Shown: piece after piece, positions 59,993 through 64,000 of the stretch
Layout: each line of letters begins with the position of its first letter
How positions within the stretch are numbered: the stretch's first letter is position 1
Assembly: GCA_052426225.1 (NCBI GenBank)
Contig: JBNJNM010000006.1
Span: forward strand, 1,550,001-1,614,000
Source: Zancudomyces culisetae HAW-14-8
Lineage: Eukaryota > Fungi > Kickxellomycota
Direction of reading: 5' to 3'
Length of the DNA: 64,000 bases
Notes under the pieces: generated by a model
Seen by the model: the letters and a program-made list of their open reading frames with translations, nothing else
What the model was told of the DNA's origin: nothing
Databases searched by the model: none
Program-made: the position numbers and the translations under genes

Positions 59993-61013
59993 ATGCTTTA
60001 CTACCTCACATTGTTTGGAAAGCAGTGCACCAAAAATGTAGCTTTATTAGATTATATATGCATTGATATATTTACGGGACACCCTTGTTAAAACGAATAT
60101 TTAATGCCCCGTAAATATAAACACTACCGGAACCACTTGTTTCTTTTGGTTTCGCCATTATATCCAGCTCCAAGAACTATCAATGTCAAGGGCATAATCC
60201 TTGCATTATAGATTAACATTGTCGTAGGACTTTATACCTAAAAATCAATATTTTTACTGTTTTTAATTGTTTTACTGAATTCTTCTTGGTTTTGCTATTT
60301 AAAAATACTACAATTAACTGTTATAATAAAGTAGTTCAATTATAGTTGATTCAGAATGCTATGGAAATTGGGCTTTGCTTTAGTTTGCTAATACCTAGCC
60401 TTATTATATGTGTTTCAGCATCTGATTATCTAAATTACTGCCAAACTTCATGGAAAAAATCCAAGATTGAGCGGTATAACCTTGATTTGGATTTATAGGG
60501 ACCCTATGTTTGTTAACAATTGGTGCTCGGTTATAATATCTCTACGACCCAACGTTTCTGTACAATGATTAAAAAAAAATGCTGTTTCTTAACTGACAAA
60601 AATCGTTCAACTATTCATTTGTTTAGTTGGGTATATTCTTAAACCGCCCGACTGGCTTGTTGTAAATAATGTATGAATTAGTTAGTAAGCAGTGTAATGC
60701 TCAGTATTGTCGCACAAACAATACATGCACCACACTCTACTCTTATAGCAACTCTGTGCGTATAATTATCATATCTGTTATGGTATAGCTACGCTACAAT
60801 GGCGACTAAAGCTGGAGTATCTTTACTCTGGTGATATTGTTATAGTATATCAACATATAACGTATAGATTTTTTGAAAGTATTAAAAAAACCAAACCAAA
60901 AGTATTTAAGGGTGTAGTTTTCTCTCCATCTGGTTACCCATCGAACTATTCCTCTAAGAATATTGACGACTTACCTAATACTAGATAAAACGCTTCGCTC
61001 TAATAATAAAAAA

Positions 61014-61593
61014 ATGTTCATCAAAACATCGTTGATTGCAATTGCCACTTTCTGCGCTACTAGTTTGGCAACTGGTGGTAAGTAACTTTTACTGATATAC
61101 AAGCCGTGTGTAGATACTAAATAAAATTTAATAACCATTGTAGAGGCTCAATACAACTCGCCAGCAAAGCCAGAATACAACTCGCCAGCAAAGCCAGAAT
61201 ACAACGCACCAGCCAAGCCAGAATACAACGCACCAGCCAAGCCAGAATACAACGCACCAGCAAAACCAGAGTACCGCTCAGAACACGGATACAAGGGCGA
61301 TCATAAAAAACATGGTTACCACAAGGGTGGCCACCATGGAAAGGGAAGACATCATCGCGAAGGTAAGTTACGGTTTAGGACGAATAATCAACATGGTATT
61401 GTAAATGTATATACTTTTTAAAATAGGTGACCGTTGCAGAGCTGGACGTTACAAGTGTGTGGGTTTCAACAAGAGTACCTTCCTTCAATGTGCTAATGGA
61501 AGATATGTCGTCAAACATTGTGGTCCTGGCACAGTCTGTCACCAAAATGGTCGACATGCAATTTACTGCGATTATCCAAAAAAGTTGTACTAA
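61014..61593 (+). CDS. Secreted 149-aa protein: signal peptide, (YNxPAKPE)5, His/Gly/Lys/Tyr-rich linker, CBM19-like chitin-binding module. Exons 61014-61077, 61144-61362, 61427-61593
   Basis: Both introns are GTAAGT...TAG, phase 1, and join in frame. C-terminus CRAGRYKC...FLQCANGRYVVKHCGPGTVC...YCDYP follows the CBM19 Cys pattern. Confidence 0.9.
61152..61271 (+). repeat. Five 24-bp coding tandem repeats encoding YN(S/A)PAKPE
   Basis: TACAAC(T/G)C(G/A)CCAGC(A/C)AA(G/A)CCAGA(A/G) x5; variation is mostly synonymous. Confidence 0.95.
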
Positions 61594-64000
61594 ATTTCCC
61601 TTTTTGTTAATTGTCTAACAAACGACTATTTTTCGGCTATCCTTTCTTAGTTTCTACTACTTGTTAGCATTTAGCCATCCTTACTAAAAATTCTAAGAAT
61701 AACAAACATAGCAATTGAAAATCCGGACCTTTTTTCAATAAACTTCTCACCTTGTTAAAAATATTTGTGTATAAAAGAGTGGTTTTTTATCAAAGCCATT
61801 GGTTAGGATATTGAGTTGAAGATATTTGCGTAGATAGCAAACCATAATCACTAGTCTTCACTCCATCAGTATATTTGTTACGGTGATGTAAATATGGTAA
61901 AAACCAAACCTAACAAAGTGTATAAAATATCTTTGTAGATTCATCTGATCCCATTTTTATAAGCGTGAAATGAACGTGAGTTCACTAGTGGTATCTACTC
62001 ACAGAATGAGTTTTCACATAACCAAACACAAGATGGTATTAAATATAATTGTGAAAGCATTGATGTAATTATCAGCAAAAAAAGTGGTTTAATCGCATTT
62101 TTATCAATTTCTTGCCTAATTCAATTGTCTACTGATTTGTGTATTTGCTTCCTGGTTTGTAATATTGGTGGAATTTATATAAGCGTGATTTTATCTTGAT
62201 GTCAGTTCTTGATAAGAAATTAAAGTCTGTTCACTGGTACAAATGCGGGTGGTGTGGTTTTGAACCTGTTCCTGTGATAGAGTTGCTATTTTGGAAAGTG
62301 AAAATAAGTTTGGTAGAGGCGGAGTACAGAGGACCAGAATTTCTCTTGGGATATGTTCAAAAGCAAAGGACGTTTCATCATCAGGGAAATGTATCAGATG
62401 ATTGTATTTTATTAGGGTTTGAGAAGTTGTTATGTAATTTTGGGCTGTAACTGTAGGTGGTGAATGATATACTGGCAAATGGACAAAAATGTCATTACAA
62501 GACATATCTAATAGAAAGGCTGAACAATAGTTTCTAAAGTTGGGTACTCAAATAAATATGCCCTCCCACAGCCTCACGGATTTCTCCGAAAAGGCCATGA
62601 CGAATAGACGAAATCGCCTGTAGAATAGGGTACAAGCATGGCCAACCCATCAAAGACACAACGCATAACTGAGTTTATTTGGTCCTATTTTGCAAGATAT
62701 CCCACCTTTATTGTAAACATGTCAACCCTTATCATGGGTTGTACAGGTTTGCGCGTATTTACACGGGGGCGGAAGCTACATTTTTTTTTGTTTTCTTGTC
62801 ATGCTTTATAATGATTCATATATATGTCATTATTTAAGGCTTTAGTAGAAAGTAGAGGAGCCTGCCACAAAGTGACAATGTGATTGAGCGCAAGGTACTT
62901 GTGGCTCATTTATTTGCAATCGCTTGGTAGTTTTTGTTATTTTGTTCTGACAAAGCATTAGCTTAATTTGAAAATTGGGAGTTGCTAACACTAAAAGTGA
63001 GCCCACGCCAATAAAATCCAAATTCAACAATAAAAGCCCCATTGTTAATCGAATGATAAAGCAGATTTACGGGAAAAAACAATAAAGGAAAAAAAAAACA
63101 ATATAATGGGAAATGAGTAGTAAAAAAAAAATGTAATAAAAAGTCGGAGCACTACTAATGAGGTCCAGGTCTAGCAATTGGTGTCTGGTATCGATTTGAA
63201 AACTGGGCAAATTAAAAGCCAAAAAATGTCAAAAGTTCCTGAAACAGGACAATTTTGTACAGTAAAGGAGAGGAAAATAGATAAAAAAAGTTGTCAAGTT
63301 TTTTGGACTTGAGCATCAAGATAAACATAAACAATTGCTAATTTGACACAATTGCAACTGGTTTCCTGAGAATGACTAAGAAAAGGGGAATAAAATGGAA
63401 ATAAAAGGCTGCAAAGGTGTGTAGTAAATTCCGAATTACAACATCGATAAGTTTTTTTTTTCACCATAAAGTTGTGACGCAATATATAATTATTTGATTT
63501 TTTATTCAAGGACAAAACACAAACCCAAAAATTTGAGGAAATGAGGAGATGAGAGCAAATGTTGCAGAAAATCGACTTTTGATGTTTATGAGAAAAAAGT
63601 CATTAACAAACCTATGACATTTTTTGTTGGTATAGAGTTAATGTTCAGAGCCATCTTATTACTAATATGAGTAATAAAGGGGGTATTTACATAATATATA
63701 GGGGAGAGAAAAAAAAAGAAAACAAAATTGAAATTTTGGCTACCGTTTTATCCCTCAATACAATGTTATTATCATGGAGCTATGGATCCAAAATTATGAA
63801 TTGTGTATATATATACATATACTGTTACCATCAAAACGGTTTATATTTAAAAGATAAATCAGAAATATACTCTCTAAAGATTACAAAAAGTAAAAAAATC
63901 CCAGTATAACAACGTCGAAAGTGCTATAATATATTGGTGCTATACTGAAAGCAACATAGAAAAAAAAACCATTTCCAGAGCAGCAGCAGATTCGTTTTCT

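Noticed and set aside
61152-61271. Regular 24-bp repeats as a possible CRISPR-like array
   Set aside because: Head-to-tail coding repeats without spacers, inside a eukaryotic exon.
62191-62505. Overlapping 84- and 104-aa ORFs on opposite strands
   Set aside because: No recognisable motif or splice support.

Overview
AT-rich eukaryotic nuclear DNA from a fungus: GT-AG introns, a Zn(II)2Cys6 factor, the exomer subunit Chs5 and a complex I subunit. The gene set also includes a Rhizopus-type L-LDH and a PP2A B'' subunit, and several proteins are inflated by low-complexity sequence. This points to an early-diverging 'zygomycete', and the style fits Kickxellomycotina/Harpellales insect-gut fungi, but that placement is inference and not proven. 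I support about 20 protein-coding genes; the multi-exon models were rebuilt by hand from splice sites: Zn2Cys6 TF, RasGEF, CHS5, NDUFS4, VLCFA 3-ketoacyl-CoA reductase, SEC20, rhodanese-PTP, L-LDH, a MARVEL-like 4-TM protein, a small coiled-coil protein, TRS23, PP2A B'', a giant LMBR1-like protein, an unknown protein, a secreted mucin-like protein, an SDR, a secreted 2H phosphoesterase, ADA1, a BAR-SH3 protein, a ZIP transporter and a secreted CBM19-type repeat protein. I found no tRNA, rRNA, CRISPR array or intact mobile element. Best leads: (1) a 3-exon secreted protein largely missed by the ORF track, with (YNxPAKPE)5, a His/Gly/Lys/Tyr linker and a chitin-binding-type module, a candidate chitin-anchored adhesive; (2) a secreted 2H phosphoesterase; (3) a mucin-stalk protein with a KR-cleavable crystallin/killer-toxin-like C-terminal domain; (4) an unexplained island at about 33.2-33.7 kb with a TGA-only frame, several hairpins and a minus-strand intron; (5) a (G6 ATAGTAA)4 G-quadruplex array in a bidirectional promoter region.
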